A stretch of 64,000 bases of DNA from Podarcis liolepis. Its lineage: Eukaryota. The notes beneath the pieces are model-generated. The model made no database searches and was not told the origin of the DNA. It saw only the letters and a program-made list of their open reading frames with translations. Shown one piece after another: positions 11,932 to 26,328 of the stretch; position 1 is the stretch's first letter, and each line of letters begins with the position of its first letter. The stretch is from NCBI GenBank assembly GCA_965112155.1, contig OZ218098.1. One strand, written 5' to 3'. The position numbers and the translations under genes were made by a program.

Positions 11932-14900
11932 ACATCTGGAACCACCCTTAGAGAATTAGGTGTTGGAGAGCCTAGCCTCCTCCCTCATGGGCTGGTTTTC
12001 TATATAGAGGAACATTCAGTAATCTGAACTCTCCCCTGGGACCTGTAACTAGGTGATAGTTACAGTACTATGCTCAGTCTGCTGTAGGGTCAATAGAACA
12101 GCAATCCAACACACATCCAAAGCAGGGGTTGGGAAATGTTTTTGCCCAGAGGGCTACCTTCATCTCTGTCCCTGCCCCTGCGGGCAGACTTTGACAGGTA
12201 GGTGGAGCAACCCACTTGTCAATCATTTGGTGTCATGATGTCAGCTGATAGGGACCCACCCACTTGTCAAAGTCACTTATGCAGCTGTAGCTTTGCCAGG
12301 GGGCATGAGGAACATTACGCTGGGGGCCCACTCAGCTCTGGCACCAACCCTGTTCACTGTTTTTTAATGAGGAGCCTCACTTGTAGAGTACTGAGTGATG
12401 TAGTTCCTCTGCTTTTGAAAGCTGTCCTACAGAGGGGAAAAAGATAAACTTTGTGCATCATCACATTTCAGTTTTGTGTCCTATTGCACCTGATACGTTG
12501 CTGCCAGGCAGTCTGGCAAATCAAAGGAGCCCCAAGGAGGACAATTTGTTGCAGGCCCCCAGGGGGATAGTTGGCTTCCTACTGGTCATTTCTGTGGTCA
12601 TTTCTGCATGACACTGAGAACAGGGTGCCTACTTTCCCCCGTGCACTATGAATGGCTGCCTGGTTGCCTGTGGAGGAACAGGAGGAACCTGGGGGTGACT
12701 CATGGTTAGCAGATGCACACAACAGTTCCCTTTACAAGGTTCTCCTTGAGGATTGCTACTTGAGTAAACAGAAGAAAGAGTGCTATCACCCACCAAGTTC
12801 CATTATGCATGCCTCAGCCTAGCTGCCCATTGTATCAGTGGCAATTCCTCTAATGTCAGTTTTTGGGAGGGTCACCTGTCAGGAAGGGAAATGTAACCAC
12901 TGCGACGGTTACTCAACTCATCCACTGTAGGGAGTTGCATACTCTGCACTTTGGGTTTGTCTTGCTCCATGTGCCAAAGCTCTGGTCCCATCAAGAAGAA
13001 TATATCACAGATGTTTGGCCAGAAGAGACAATAGGCAGAGTGCGGTGTCTGGTGTTCGCTAACAAATGTGACAAAGCCCTTCATTGCCTTTGCCTGTGCA
13101 TCATCAGAGTTTTTCTGGGTTCTGCATAAAACATGCTACTTACAATGTGCTCCCATGTACAGGATACTCTTGCTATATCCGCTGTTGAGTAAGGGAGGGT
13201 TGTTAAGCAGCTTTCCCATGTTGCAGGCTTGATGACATTCTGTGACCGTGGGTGTCTGTGTGCTTTGTGCATACACATTTCTTTCTTTCAGAGAGGGAGC
13301 TAGAGGAGGGGTGAAGGAAGCCTGTGTCCTAATTTGAGACATGATCTTATTCTCCCTGGTGACTCCCTCTACCTTGCTTAACATTTTGGGGAACCTTATC
13401 CTTGCAGCCGAAGTTAGAGGGGTAGAGTTGAGGCTCTTGTTGAGAGTTCATGTCTGGGTCCTGAGAAAAGTACCTGTTAGCAAGACTCCAGAAAACAAGT
13501 GCTATTCATGATAATTCATTTACTTTCATCGGACTGTTGGGTACTGTTGCTGGTGTACAGTGTTTGCTTCATGTGCAGTGTCTCACCATCAACTTAAGCA
13601 CCAAGGAATCTCCACCTTTGGGTGTTCCTTGAAATCAGAATGATTCAGCCCCATTATGTGCATTTTGATATCTGAAATCTGTATTTTCCCTCCTGGGGCT
13701 TTTATACCCTTGATGGGATGCCATGGTTGGCTGCAGAGGTGGTAGAAATTCGATCCTTGACTAAGCCTCTAAAGGCATTAAAAACAACAACAAACAAACA
13801 CCTCCCAGCACGTTACAGTAGAGGAAAAGGCTACTCTGGGGAAGATCTAGTACTTGCTACTTCCAAAATCAACATGTTAAAACAGAGTGAACCATCACTG
13901 CCTCTCGTGCTGTAAATACTATTTATTTATTTGTTTGCTGTGGGTTATAAACAATGCTGCACACACAGAGTTCCACTCATGCATGGAACGTCCACTTCCT
14001 CTCCCTGTGTGTCACCAAAACCTGCTCCAGAGGGTCCTCCAATCCTCTGGAGCATATTTTGAGGGGGTGTGGGGGACTCCAGGGGAGAGCAGAAGCAGGG
14101 AAAGTTTTGTTGTATAAGTGGAAGCCTGTTGTGCAAGTAGAACAAAAGCACTGGATACAACCCTCTGCCTATTTATTTTTAATGGAATTTATATACTTGC
14201 CCCCTTTCCATTGGCATGCTGAAGCTGATAAATAAAGTCAGCACTGCACAAAGTAGCTGCAGAAACTCAAGACAAAACTATTATAATAAAGACTATTATG
14301 ATGAAAACCCATCAATAATTGGATAGGAAATTGACGGCTGGCACTTTCCTATTCTGCCAATGGTTAATACCTACAGGAGAGATGGTACAAAAGGCCTGGT
14401 CTTCTCTGGAAATTGGCAGCCACATTTTAATCCTCTACCTTGCAGCTTATTTACCATCTTGCTTATTTTCTTCCTTCCCACATATGCTCATCTTCTCCCC
14501 AAGCGTTCAAACAGCTTGCATCAGTGTTTATGCAGCTAACGTATTCCATACATTTTTCTTATTGTGGACGCAATAGCTTTCTCCACCCACTCACTTAAAC
14601 ACATTTGAGAGCCCTGGAGCACATTCTGAATGCGTCGAACCCCTCCACCTCCACCCCAAAGGAAATCTGAGAAACGCCACCACCTGCAAATGAATTGGTG
14701 ACACTCATCCAAATGGGGAATGAGATCAGAAATTTGGCACTGCCTCCTGGGTTTGGGGGTTGCCTGGCTACTGGTTGAAATAATCCCACAGCACAACATT
14801 AAGAAGGAAAGGGAGAAAAGTATGCTCTGTAAATGGTTAGTTTCCTTTCATGCCAAGGCTCTTCACCAGCCTTTTCTTCCGTAGTGTTTGCAAAACTGCT

Positions 14901-15455
14901 TGGGAGTTTTTGCAGTAAAGAGAAAGTGCTTGCCGAACAACCCCTCCCCCCATGAATAACTTTCTAAAATGTCAGCTCTTTTCATAGGCGTAGATCAAAA
15001 GCCACAGTTTCCCAAAAGCGCATGAATATTACCTGGCAGCCAGAAATCCAGAGAGAATTTTGGGCGGAATTTGTGCTACTGTTCTAAGAATAGCACTTTC
15101 AAAAAGCATTGTCAGGGCACAGCTGCAGGGATGTCTTCTGCATCTGTATCTACCACTGACAGGTTGCTACTGTATGGCTTTCACCCTGCTGATCTCCAGA
15201 TTGGCATGTTGTTAACGAAGCCCTGCATGGATTTAACCTCCTCCATTATTCCCTAACTGGAATTTCTGTACTCTCATTCTATAATCATTCGGCAAATGTA
15301 ATAAAGCTCTGATGAGGCATTCAGGTGCCTGCATGTTCTGTTCTCTGGATGTATTGTTGCACTGCGGACCACCAACCTTGGCTAATTTGCTGTATTCCCG
15401 ACCTCCTCGCTCCCCTTTCGTGGGTGTGGAGAGGAGGGAGGTTGCTTTCTTCCAG

Positions 15456-15639
15456 GTACAAAGGCTACTGGAATGCCAGTCAAACTGAAGGTGTCCCAGG
15501 GACAGCCTGTGAAGCTGAACTGCAGCCTCGAGGGAATGGAAGACCCAGAGATGCTGTGGATCAAGGATGGAGCTGTGGTGCAGAGCGTAGACCAGGTGTA
15601 CATCCCGGTAGATGAAGAACACTGGATTGGGTTTCTCAG
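15456..15639 (+). CDS. TYRO3: TYRO3 exon 2, Ig1 N-terminal part (GTKATGMPVKLKVSQGQPVKLNCSLEG...HWIGFLS)
   Basis: ttccag|GT...CTCAG|gtagga, 184 nt, phase 1 to 2. Confidence 0.96.
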
Positions 15640-16069
15640 GTAGGACTGATGTACAGATCAAGGGCTTCCAAGTTATATTACATTATTAATTACTATCATC
15701 ATCTTCATTATCATTATCACCATCCTCACTACCACCTGCATTTTTTTATCCTGTGACAGACCACTGGTCACTTAGTGAGCTTTGTGGTTGAATGGACATT
15801 TGAATCCTAGTCTCCCCAGTCCTAACTGTTGCACTCTATGGCACTTGGAGTCAGAGCTCAGTGCATTCCACATATTTGCTGTGCAAAATATGGGGTTGGC
15901 TCCTTGGAATTCCACCCAAATCTTTTTGTCTTCCCTTGTTTAAAATCTCAGGTGTGTGCCTAAGACCTTTCCCCATTCTTGTAGCTGATAATAATACTAA
16001 GTATTTGAATAGTACCTCAAAGCGCTCAAATGTGATCTAGTGTGATCCAAGCAGTAACTCTGTAAGTGC

Positions 16070-16200
16070 ACCGGTATTATTATCTCCCAGATTTCAGATA
16101 GGAAGCCTGAGGCTGAGAGAGTGCCTTTACTAAGGCCACCTACTGAGTTCATGGCAGAGGTGAGATCCGAACTGCAGACTTTCTGATTCATAGCTCGTAA
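16070..16200 (-). mobile_element. Old MIR/CORE-like SINE remnant (similar remnant near 21410-21580)
   Basis: ATTATCTCCCA..TTTCAGATAGGAAGCCTGAGGCTGAGAGAG..AAGGCCAC resembles the MIR core. Confidence 0.55.
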
Positions 16201-17329
16201 CTGTTCTGCTGCAGCTACACCAACCCTCCAGTTGTGGAGGAAAGCATAAAGGCAAATGAGCAACAGTCTGGTAAAAAAAATCAGAAACCAGAGGTGGTCT
16301 GAACAAGGCTTTCATTGGTCAAAATGAGGTTTAGCTCCTTCCTCCACATTTTCTAATGGTTGTTTCCCAGCCTTACTCAGCACTATCTTCATGACCATCT
16401 CCTATTTTATTCATCACCCCAATATAAAATTTTGGTGTGTGGGACCTTGGGAATGGAGGGAGGCAGAGAGGACTAGATTCCTCCCTAAGATTGGCCAGGA
16501 GGGCTGATTTCCCACAGGAGTGTTCAGGCAAAAGAAAGGCTTCTGTTGTAGTCAAGGTTAATTGATAAAGAAGAGGGGCAGGTGCAGTCCATTTGCTAAG
16601 ACCCAGTGTTTTCAAAACTCGCATTGCATTGCTTTCTGTGCCTGGTGCAGAACTTTGCTATAGAAGGAGGAGCTGAGCTGAGCCAAACCAAACCAGCAAA
16701 CTGCAATCTGCTCAATGGGGCTTGGTCTAGAGTAGTCAGTAGCAAGTGGCATGGTGGGGGAGCCCTCTTCAGATAACCTCTGGTTGGTCGCAGTGCTGTT
16801 GCTTACCAGGAGGTAGAGGGGGAAGGGCAAGGATAGCATGGTACAAGCCTACCAGTGGGAACACCAGATTGGTTCAACTCACTGTTGCATCGGCACCACA
16901 CCAGCCTCCTCCCCCACCAGATTACCTCTTCACCTCCAGGTAAGCATCAGCAATGCAACCGGTCAACAATTAGGTGAGTGGCAGAGCCTCGCCATGTCAT
17001 CAGCTACTGTGAATAGTCATATATAGCAGGTGTGAGGAACCTGTGCCTCTCCACTTGTTGCTGAATTACAACTCCTATCAGCCCCAACAAGCATATCCAA
17101 TGGACAAATGGACAGGGATGACGGGAGCTAAAGTTCAGCAACATCTGGATGGCCAAAGGTTCCCTGCACCTGATTATATAGCACTAATGCAGTCAAAGAG
17201 GATGCACCATTAACCAAAACCATTCCAGTCCAGTCTAGGATATCTTGAGGCGCCTGAAATGGCCAGCCCAACCTTTTCTCATGTTTGGTAGCTCCATTAG
17301 GCAGGAAGGCCCAGAGAGGCTATTAAGCT

Positions 17330-17500
17330 CCTTAGGGATGTAGGGAGTTGCCTTATACTGATCAGACCTTGGTCCATCTACATACCGCAAGTATTGCTTA
17401 CACTGACTGGCAGCACCTGTCCAGGGTTTCAGGAAGAGGTCTTCTATCCTAGGGACCTTCTGCAAAGCAAGTGCACTACCACCGAGTTACAGCCCTTCCC
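17330..17500 (-). mobile_element. tRNA-derived SINE ending in GGCAGCTTCCTATG (other copies 19084-19345, 19630-19780, 36852-37180, 48553-48725, 53015-53311, 56670-56880, 61612-61790)
   Basis: Shared TAGCTCAGTGGTAGAGCA..TTTGCATGCAGAAGGTC..CAGCATCTCCAGGT..GCTGCCAGTCAGTGTAGAC..GATGGACCA..TATAAGGCAGCTTCCT among copies. Confidence 0.7.
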
Positions 17501-19938
17501 TCAATTCCCCCGTGTGGTTCTCTAAGACCAGCATTGGCAGCAGATGTTGTTTCCGCCACCACTGATTGCATGTTCATGCTGCATCTATCCTTCTGATACT
17601 GAGAGCTTTCCCCTTTTCTGGCCTAGCCTGAAGGCAAATGACAAGGAAAGCTTTACAGCCCCCCTTTCACCTTGTTTGTTCCAATGTGCTCTGCGGCAAA
17701 ACTGGAGATGTACTTAAAAGTTTCCTTGCTCTCATTTATTCCCACCATGTCCCTTCCTTCTCTCCTGGTCTCTGACTAAAAAGAGATGCCCTAATTAAAA
17801 TCAGACTTCTGAGACTAGATCGGAATCCTGTTGGGAGGGGAGAGGATGTGTCATACAAACCAAGTCTTAGTCATCCCCACAAGAGATGTTCCAGCACATT
17901 TACTCCATCATTTAGATCAAGCCAAGCGTTCTGCATTTGGGCCAATTATCATAGGGTAAAATATTCAAGGGTAGTTTGCTTAGGATGTTGCGGCAGGACA
18001 GGTACAGCAGGTGGGCTGGGGGTGGGAGAGGAAAAGTGCCAGTCATCTTTCCAGATACTGTTTGCAAGTACAGTAATTACTGCAACAATTGCCAGAAGTA
18101 TACAAGAATTACCTATTCCCAAATCCATCTCTCCAGAGGCCTTTTGAATTAAATAGTTACTTGAGAATCTTGGATTCCCAACAGAGCCCTTGAAATGAAA
18201 ATGTGCTCCTGGAAACACTTGTTTTACAAGGAGCCGGGATGGGTGGAGAGAGGATATATTGCTGCATTACAGCAAACAGCATTGAAATAGCACCTCTGGC
18301 AGCCCTAATAAAATACCCTGTAGGCTGTTGCACTGATGTCTGATTTAGCAAATTGATAGGCGGATCAGGAAAAGCTGAGAGTGGAGCTGCTGGTTGTCCC
18401 TTCCCAATCAGAATGACACTTGATCACTTGAGTTTCATATGGTCACCCTGTGATGATCTGCCACAGCTGGAATTGGTAGGGGCTGGACTGGCTTTGTCCT
18501 GCGGCTATCGCAAGCTGAAGCCGTACAAAGCAGTTTTCAGTCTGATATAAATTGACATATGTGTCTGAACTTGAGGAACTGTGGACAGAATTTCTCCCTT
18601 GGTTCATAGCAACATTCTATGCATTCAATTACTCTATACCCTGCTTCCCACTTTGTAAGAAAAGATTAGTATGTGAAATATTTATTTAGGTTTATGCAGT
18701 GCTGAATAAGGCCAGAGATGAAGAGCTCCAGCTCTGAGTCATCACCTTGATGAGGGAATGTTTGCTCCTTCCCTTTCACTCTTGTCTAACCAAAACATTT
18801 GCTTTCTCCGCATGTTTTTAGACTCCAGTCTCAGGGTTAGAACGGCTTGGCAGACTCTTTTTTCCAAGATGAGGACAGTTAGACTTCCTGGAACCAGGGA
18901 GTTAGCTAAGTCACGTTCTGCAAACAGGAATTGCATGGCACTTGGCTAATTAATTCGTGTAGTATTTCAAGATAAGCACTTATTTCTCCCATGTGAGTGC
19001 TAAAGATTCCTTCACTGTTTTGAAAAGGGTAACCTCTCCTCCAATCTCTGTCTCAGTCTCCAAAATCATATGTCTCTGGTGAAAGGGCTGTAGCTCAGTG
19101 ATGGAGTATCGCTTGCAGGTTTGCCAGCATCTCCAGGTAAGGCTGGGGAAGGCCGTCTTTGAAATCCTGCCAATCAATTTGGACCGGGGAGGCACAACGT
19201 AGTGCCCTCCATGTCTCCCATCAGCTCCAGCCAGCATGGCTAGTGATCAGGGGTGATGGGAGTTGTAGCCCCAACAATATATGCAGAGTAGAGGACTAGA
19301 GGGACCATTATTCTTACTCAGGACAAGGCAGCTTCCTATGTTCCTGACCTATTTTCTGTCACTTGTGGTATGGCATATGCTTTGCACTGATTGGCTAATC
19401 TTCTCTAAAGAGCTCCTTCTGCTTCGTGTTACCCACACAAATATGTGGAAGCCTCGCCACATGGTTTATTGCTTTCCCTGCATATTCAGGCTGGATGCAG
19501 TCATGGGCCACTGTAAGGCCACAATTTAACATGTTCTCTGGAATCCTGGAAAACAAGTGCTTCTCAGGATATGGCAAACTGCATTCCTTTTGCAGAGCCA
19601 AAAACCAGCGGTGACACTTGTGCTTTGCATTCAGCAAGTCCTGGGTTCATTTGCTGGCATCTACAGCTGACATAAACCTGGGTTGCAGATGTGAGAAAAG
19701 CCTCTGTGTGAGGCTTTGGGCAATTGTTTGCAGTAATGGGCCAAATAGAGCCGGGGCCTTGTAGTTAGGACAGCTTCCTGTGATCACACGAGTACATACT
19801 GAAGCAGGAGGGATTTCCTATTTTGGAAATGGCTCCAATGTTTGTAGATCACTGGATGGAATTGGAAGAGCTTGTGATGACAGCTGCTTGTTTATGCCAC
19901 AGTGCCATTTACCATTCATCGCTCTCTCAACACTTTAG

Positions 19939-20039
19939 CTTGAAGTCTGTGGACCGGAAAGACTCTGGGAAGTACTGGTGCCAAGTGGAGACCAACGGGA
20001 AGAAAGAAGAATCACAGCAAGTGTGGCTCATTGTGGAAG
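19939..20039 (+). CDS. TYRO3: TYRO3 exon 3, Ig1 C-terminal part (LKSVDRKDSGKYWCQVE...VWLIVEG)
   Basis: tttag|C...GAAG|gtaagg, 101 nt; Ig DxGxYxC motif. Confidence 0.96.
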
Positions 20040-20887
20040 GTAAGGGCCCTGTCACTGGCTCTTGCCCAAGGCAGGCATGCTGAGGACGCAATAGTTGGCT
20101 GCATGTGGAAATTGTGAGAAGAGACTGCCTGGCTGACGTTGGCTCATTTCCAGTGTCTGTGCTGCTACGACCAAAACAATTATGCTGTCGCAGCGACCAT
20201 CTAAAGATCAGAAGAGAGTGGTAGCTGGTGTAGGGGACCTATCACACAATTTTTGCTGGGTCTTTAGTTCTGCAAAATATTGAGTGCTTCCAACATTATG
20301 TTTGCCAACTTTCATTTGAAAGCATGCCCAAGAAACAGCTAGAATTAGCATCTTCATAATGGTGAGTGTGATGTCAGATAGGTTAACTATAGAATGAGGG
20401 CTCCAGAGAGCCTACCAAAATATGTGTCTGACCCTTCAGATGATATGAGAATCCATGTCTTCCATTTTCTGGCTTCTCCATATGCATGTTTAGACAATGT
20501 CAGACTCTGGGGCTTAGCCTTGCAATTGGCTGCTGTGGGGCATGAGTCTGCATCAGGTTACGGGCTAGTCAGATGAGTAAGAAGCAGAAGACATGGTCAG
20601 AGAGAGGTACTGGATCAGGCAAAACAAAAGCAGAAAACTGACAACCCCACAGGGTTAGTGGTAATAGACATGGCCAAAGAGAGAGACCAGAGTCTAGTAC
20701 CAGATTGGGCAGAACTAAAGTACCAGAAGCAGAGACATAATTGAAAGGTGCCCTGGAGGTTAGGTACCACAGGAGGCAAGCTTCAGGCATCTCAGATTAA
20801 GGGGCTGGCTTGGAAATATATACTTTTTATAAGGCTGGGTGTGTCTCTATTGGCTTTTCAGGTCAGCTGACCACCTTCAGACTACAG

Positions 20888-21024
20888 CAGGCACTCCCAG
20901 ACTCGGCCCTCCAGATGTTTTGGGACTACCCCTCCCATTATCCCTAGCTAACGGGACCAATGGTCAGGGATTATGGGAATTGTGATGCCAAAACATCTGG
21001 GGGGCCCGAGTTTGGGGATGCCTA
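20888..21024. mobile_element. hAT MITE with perfect 8-bp TSD GACTACAG
   Basis: TSD at 20880-20887 and 21025-21032; palindromic body. Confidence 0.88.
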
Positions 21025-22889
21025 GACTACAGTGTCCCATGAGAGCAATGGAAACGGTACCTCAGCCTAGAAAGCAGCCTTCACTAATACAGCCTAACCT
21101 GCCTGGTTCAGAAATCAGAATGCTAGTGACGTAGGAGACCAAGTGCTAGAGGTCGGCTACTCTGGAAGTCCTGGTTCTAAATGTCCCTTGGTGCCTTACA
21201 GAAAATGAATTTTTGATTAATATAGGGTTGCAGTGGTTTTTCTAGGCTCATTGCTCAGGCCTTCAAATAACCCATGTTTCCAATGCCAGGGAGAACCTCA
21301 CGAGACAGCCATTGTTTACCCATGAGCCATGTTTTTAACTGTGCTAGAGAGGCATCTGCCAGGTTTGCCCAGACTGACAGCATATTGGTTTTACACAGTA
21401 TTTATTGTTATAATTTATTGCATTTAAATCCCACCTTTTTCTCCAAGGAGCTCATGGCTCCCCCTCTCCTCATTTAATCCCCACCACAACCCCATGAGGT
21501 AGGTTAGGCTGAGATGCAGCGGTTGGCACAAGGTCACCCAAATGAGGGTTTAAACCCTGGTCTCCCAGGTCCTAGTCTGCATCACCCTGGCTCACACAGA
21601 CTGCACGCACAAACCTAGAGGATACACTGAACAGCACTCTGGCCTGGTATCAACATAAATGTGTACCATTTAGAGTGGGTGGCTCCCTGCATTTGCAGCT
21701 GTACGTCCTTCCAGGGTTATGATGCTAGCAGACCTCATAAAGCTGCCAGCGTCAGATCTGCACGCTCTCTGGAAGGGAATCTGCGGCGGCTGCAGGCTAT
21801 CTGCAGCAGAGTTACATCGTTGATGGAGTAGGCAGCGCTCTCCTGTCTGACTCACAGCTGAATCAGTGTCCCAGCATGGGCTCAGAATACTGTGCTGCTT
21901 CAGGTATTTGTCTTTTTCCATGAAGAACTTCGTATTTCCTAGTCATTTGAGGTTTCATAGTGGTTTGTTTTTAAGAAGAAGAGATGTAATCTCCCGTGGC
22001 AGTTGGTGCCTGGATGTAATGCAGAGGTGTATGTTTAGACTTTGTCTGCCACGCTGGAGAGAAAGGAGGTGCCTGTTACTCCCAGGCCAGGAGTGCATAA
22101 TACATCCTTTCTTTGTCCTCAGGGGTGTGCCTTTGCCACAACCATTAGGTGGAATGGGCCCTTCTGTTTTGCAATTTCTATACTGGAGCTTGACAGCAAA
22201 TTATTGACCCTTTACTGGCCAAGCTGCCAGGGAGCGCAGCTCAATTCTATGTTAAATATTTGCTTGGAGATAAAGATAAGTGTCATTGATGGAGGCAAAT
22301 TTCTATCAGGGTCGGAGAGTACGATAAGACTGCAATTAACCGTCTGAAGGTGGAACAATTACTTGTTATTCTGTATATACAGTAACTGAGCTGCTGTTAC
22401 TGGGCCACACTCTTTTTGTGGCTCTATAAATACAAAAAATATAAATAAAGGTATCTTCAGATTTGTGGCAGCAGGAGGAGGATGGATGATCAGGATATGT
22501 ACTTGTGCAGTGTGGATAAGAATGGGTGTATGAGAAAGAGAATGACTGGGCAATTGGGGAGAGATGCATCTGTGGAGTGTCGCCCACTGAAACTGATTCC
22601 ATGGTACATGTTTTAATCTTTTAGGTACCAAAATATTCTGTAACAGAACATTTGATGAGCATGAGTTCAAATTGCTGCTTAGTGCAAGGGCAGGGCATCC
22701 CTTTCAACCCAAGAGCTGTATTCCTTTGTGAACTATCATCCAGAGGCCACATGCCAGTAGTGCCCAATTTAGGCAAGGCCAAATGCACAATCACACACAT
22801 CTGCCAATCCACTGTACACTCCATTTAGCCACGCATATACATGCACATCCCATTCACACTCAGCCATCCATTTCTGCCACTCACCCCTC

Positions 22890-22894
<5 letters not shown>

Positions 22895-22937
<43 letters not shown>
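22895..22937. repeat. (TC)n microsatellite within a pyrimidine-rich low-complexity tract
   Basis: About 21 TC units read directly. Confidence 0.95.
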
Positions 22938-22941
<4 letters not shown>

Positions 22942-23171
22942 GCCACTCCATTTTCATTCTCTGCCCCTTTCTCCTCTCCATCATCCATTCATTCTCTTTC
23001 TCAGGCATCCCTTCTTATTCACACACCAGAAACATATACCCCATTTATCCATTATCCTCTCTCATTCTCTCTCTCTCTCTCACCCACCCACACCCATGCA
23101 TAACTGGATTTTCCAAGTTTTTCAGCTTGAGGATTGTTGTTTTACAAAAGAGCAAATGGTCTTTCTTCAGT

Positions 23172-23295
23172 CACCTCCCATTATCTGAAAAGAAAGGAGC
23201 TTCAGTTCTAAAGGGGATGCTATACTATCAGGCACCTCCCATTATCTGAAAAGAAAGGAGCTTCAGTTCTAAAGGGGATGCTATACTATCAGGCA
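23172..23295. repeat. Perfect 61-bp tandem duplication
   Basis: CACCTCCCATTATCTGAAAAGAAAGGAGCTTCAGTTCTAAAGGGGATGCTATACTATCAGG at 23172-23232 and 23233-23293, followed by CA. Confidence 0.97.
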
Positions 23296-26200
23296 TGATG
23301 AATCAGTCTGCCTTGGGCAGCTGATCAGGAGTAGGGTGGGGCTGGGGTGCAGTATGAATTTTCTGCCTTAGGCATCAAAATATATTGAGCCATTTCTTCA
23401 TGTAGCTTCACTTTCCACTGTAAATCTTTTTTCTTACTGTGGATTGTTGTTGTTGTTTTTTGACATGGTAAAGCCACCATGCAGCAGTTTCTTTCCTTGG
23501 GATCAAATAGGCTGGAAGGTATTGTCCAATCGTATGGTGGGGAGCATGAGCAGATCTCAAACCCTTGTCATTCACACAAAGACAATACATCCAAATATGT
23601 CTTATGCACATAAAACCCAATGCACAACCCAATTGTGTGGCTAATTGCCAGATTTTCCCTATGAAATTGACCACATATTTATGCCTGCACACAGTGAATG
23701 TTATTTGTGTAGAGGCCATATTTAGCTGCACCATCCCTATGTCGATGGATGGGGATGGTGCATATGGGGACGGTGGAAAAGGGGAGGCTCATTCAGCCTA
23801 TGGTGGATGCCTCAGTTCAATGTACCCTCACATAGATGCATTAGGGCAGAATTTAGTTTCAGTAGTTTGGCGTGGCCTGGTATAAATACTAGAATTGTTC
23901 CTCATCCAGATTTCTATCGGAGTTATCTGATCTTGTTGGCAGAGTAACCCTAGTGAGTTAGCAGTCCACCAATCTTTCATTTGTTCAGAATGCAGCACAT
24001 GCAAAGTTTGCCCCAATATTCAGCTTATGTCTCTCCTCACCCCCTAGTTTACCGATGTGCAGTATTACATTGATTAAATCAGCTTGCAATAAGAAGTCTT
24101 GCCATGGCCACACAGTTGTATCAGGTATCCTTTTCGTGCAGCATTTTAATCAATGCACATATTTTGTCCTATGAATTGGTATCCAATTTGAGATGGGCAG
24201 GGATGATAACTAGGATGAACTGCTCATGTGCCATTTCCAACAAAGCTTCTAGAACTGGAAGGTTTGGGTGCACAATGAAGGACAAAGCCAATGTACTGCA
24301 GATAATAATTAAATGCAGGGATGTGGGGATCTGTGGCTCTCCATATGTTGTTGGACTGCAGCTCCCTTCACCCTACCATTGGCCATGCTGGCTGGGGCTG
24401 TTGGGAGTTGGACTCCAACAACATCTGTAGGGTCACAGGCTCCCCATCCCTGATAACACGAGACATCTGCAGCCCTGATGAAGAGCCTGTCGCCATAGAA
24501 TAGCATTGTACATCTCAGGGCAATAGAATATGCACTGTATAAGCATTTTGTGTCAACTTTATGGCAACTCAGAAAATGTTTGCCCTTCCAGAGGAAAATG
24601 TTTCAGCATACAAAGAGGTTTACTTTTTTCTCCTGCTCTTCAAGGTCTGCAGCAAGGATGAGTGAGCATCCTTGAAATCTTAATGAGCAGCCATTAGTGA
24701 TAATCATGTAAAACCCTTGTAATATTGCAGAATACGGTGCATTCATATATTCTCTTGCAATTTTGTTTGGTAATGAAATAGCACACCATTGCTAACGTAC
24801 ACAAAGTCTGCTACCCGTCTGCCATTAAAGGAGTCCAGGTATGTCTGACTTGAAAGAGACACCATTAGACTTTGGCATCCTTGTTATAAAAACACTCTGC
24901 ATATATATAACCTATTCAGAAGCTAACCGGCTTCTGCTTCCTTAACCCGAAATCTAAAGGTCAAACTGTACTTAAGAAATTATTTTACTGAATTTAGAGC
25001 CAGTACCGCCAGAGGGCTATAAGATTTGGCATTACGTTTCTTATTTAGGAGCTAAAACGAAAGAAGCTGCCATTTAAAATTGGTTCCCAATATTGAAGCA
25101 AGATTTCCTAATGTGGAACATATGTGTTATTTGGTGCTTGGAAGAATAATGCAGCAAGGAGCGAGCTAAGAGTAAAATGGCAAACATAGGCAGCAGGCTT
25201 CCAACTTTTCTCTTTTTGCACCTCTGTGTCAAAGAGTGATGGGAGAAGGGGCCTCTTAAAATCTTTTCCCCTTGGTTGCTTGTCTTGCTCAAAATACCTC
25301 CCAGCTACTTTCCCACTTGCTTGGGCAAAGGCACAAGTACTCATTATCTTTTTCTCCTAAGGGTGGAAAAGCACTGCATGCTGGCAGGGAGTTGTCAGAG
25401 CGAAGCGTGCCGTATTAAGCTCCCCTTCCCCTCACTGCTCAAATTTTGCGGCCTCCTTGCTTTTTAAAAAATGTATGAGACTGTTGAATGCATCTGCTGC
25501 ATAACATCCAGTTTTGCCTTTACTGTGTTACACTGTCAGGTATCAAATGACAGGTGTGTGTTCATGTTTGTGCTAGACCTGAGATACATAGGGCCGCCTG
25601 ATGAATGGCTTAGCGGAAGAGACATTTGAACCAGGGACTCCATGACTCAGAATTCACCCATCATCCTCTCTCATAAATAAAAAGGGCAGAAAGAGGAAAC
25701 TTATATTTGATGGTAAGAAAGTTTGCTCAGGAGCTTATCATAGTTTTATTGTACAGGTGTGTCCACAGTAGTAAACAAGATTGGATGATAAGCAAATAAA
25801 AGTACTACAGAGGTGGGGCGGGGGGACGGTATCTACCCTGTGGCCTGGTTGCTGTGTGTGTGTGTAGTTAATTTCATTTCCTTTATCTTGTTTTGAGTAA
25901 AATAGCTAACTTGAATTGCTTATTTTGAAGTGCAAATATTTCCAGGTACTTACATAACAGAGAGCATGAAAGGTGTTGACAGGGAGTGTTGTCAGGTGTG
26001 TTTATCAGCACAGGAACGGAACTTCAAAACCTATATTTAGAGCCTTTAATAATAAGCTGATTGCCTGAGATCCCACATATCAAAAAGGTCTTCTGTCTAC
26101 TTATTTTGCCATGATATCAACAGCAGCTCATGGTGTTTGGCGTGGGATTTATCTGTGTTGGATATTAGCAGAATGACATCTGACCATATTGCAATTCCTC

Positions 26201-26328
26201 TTCTAATCAGTTTCCAGGAAAGTCTTGTTTTCCCACTCTGTTTACCCAGGGACATGTGGTCTTTATCATATTCTTTGCTCTCCCCAATATTTGACTATTG
26301 TGTTTTACATTGAACTGTACCTGAAATT

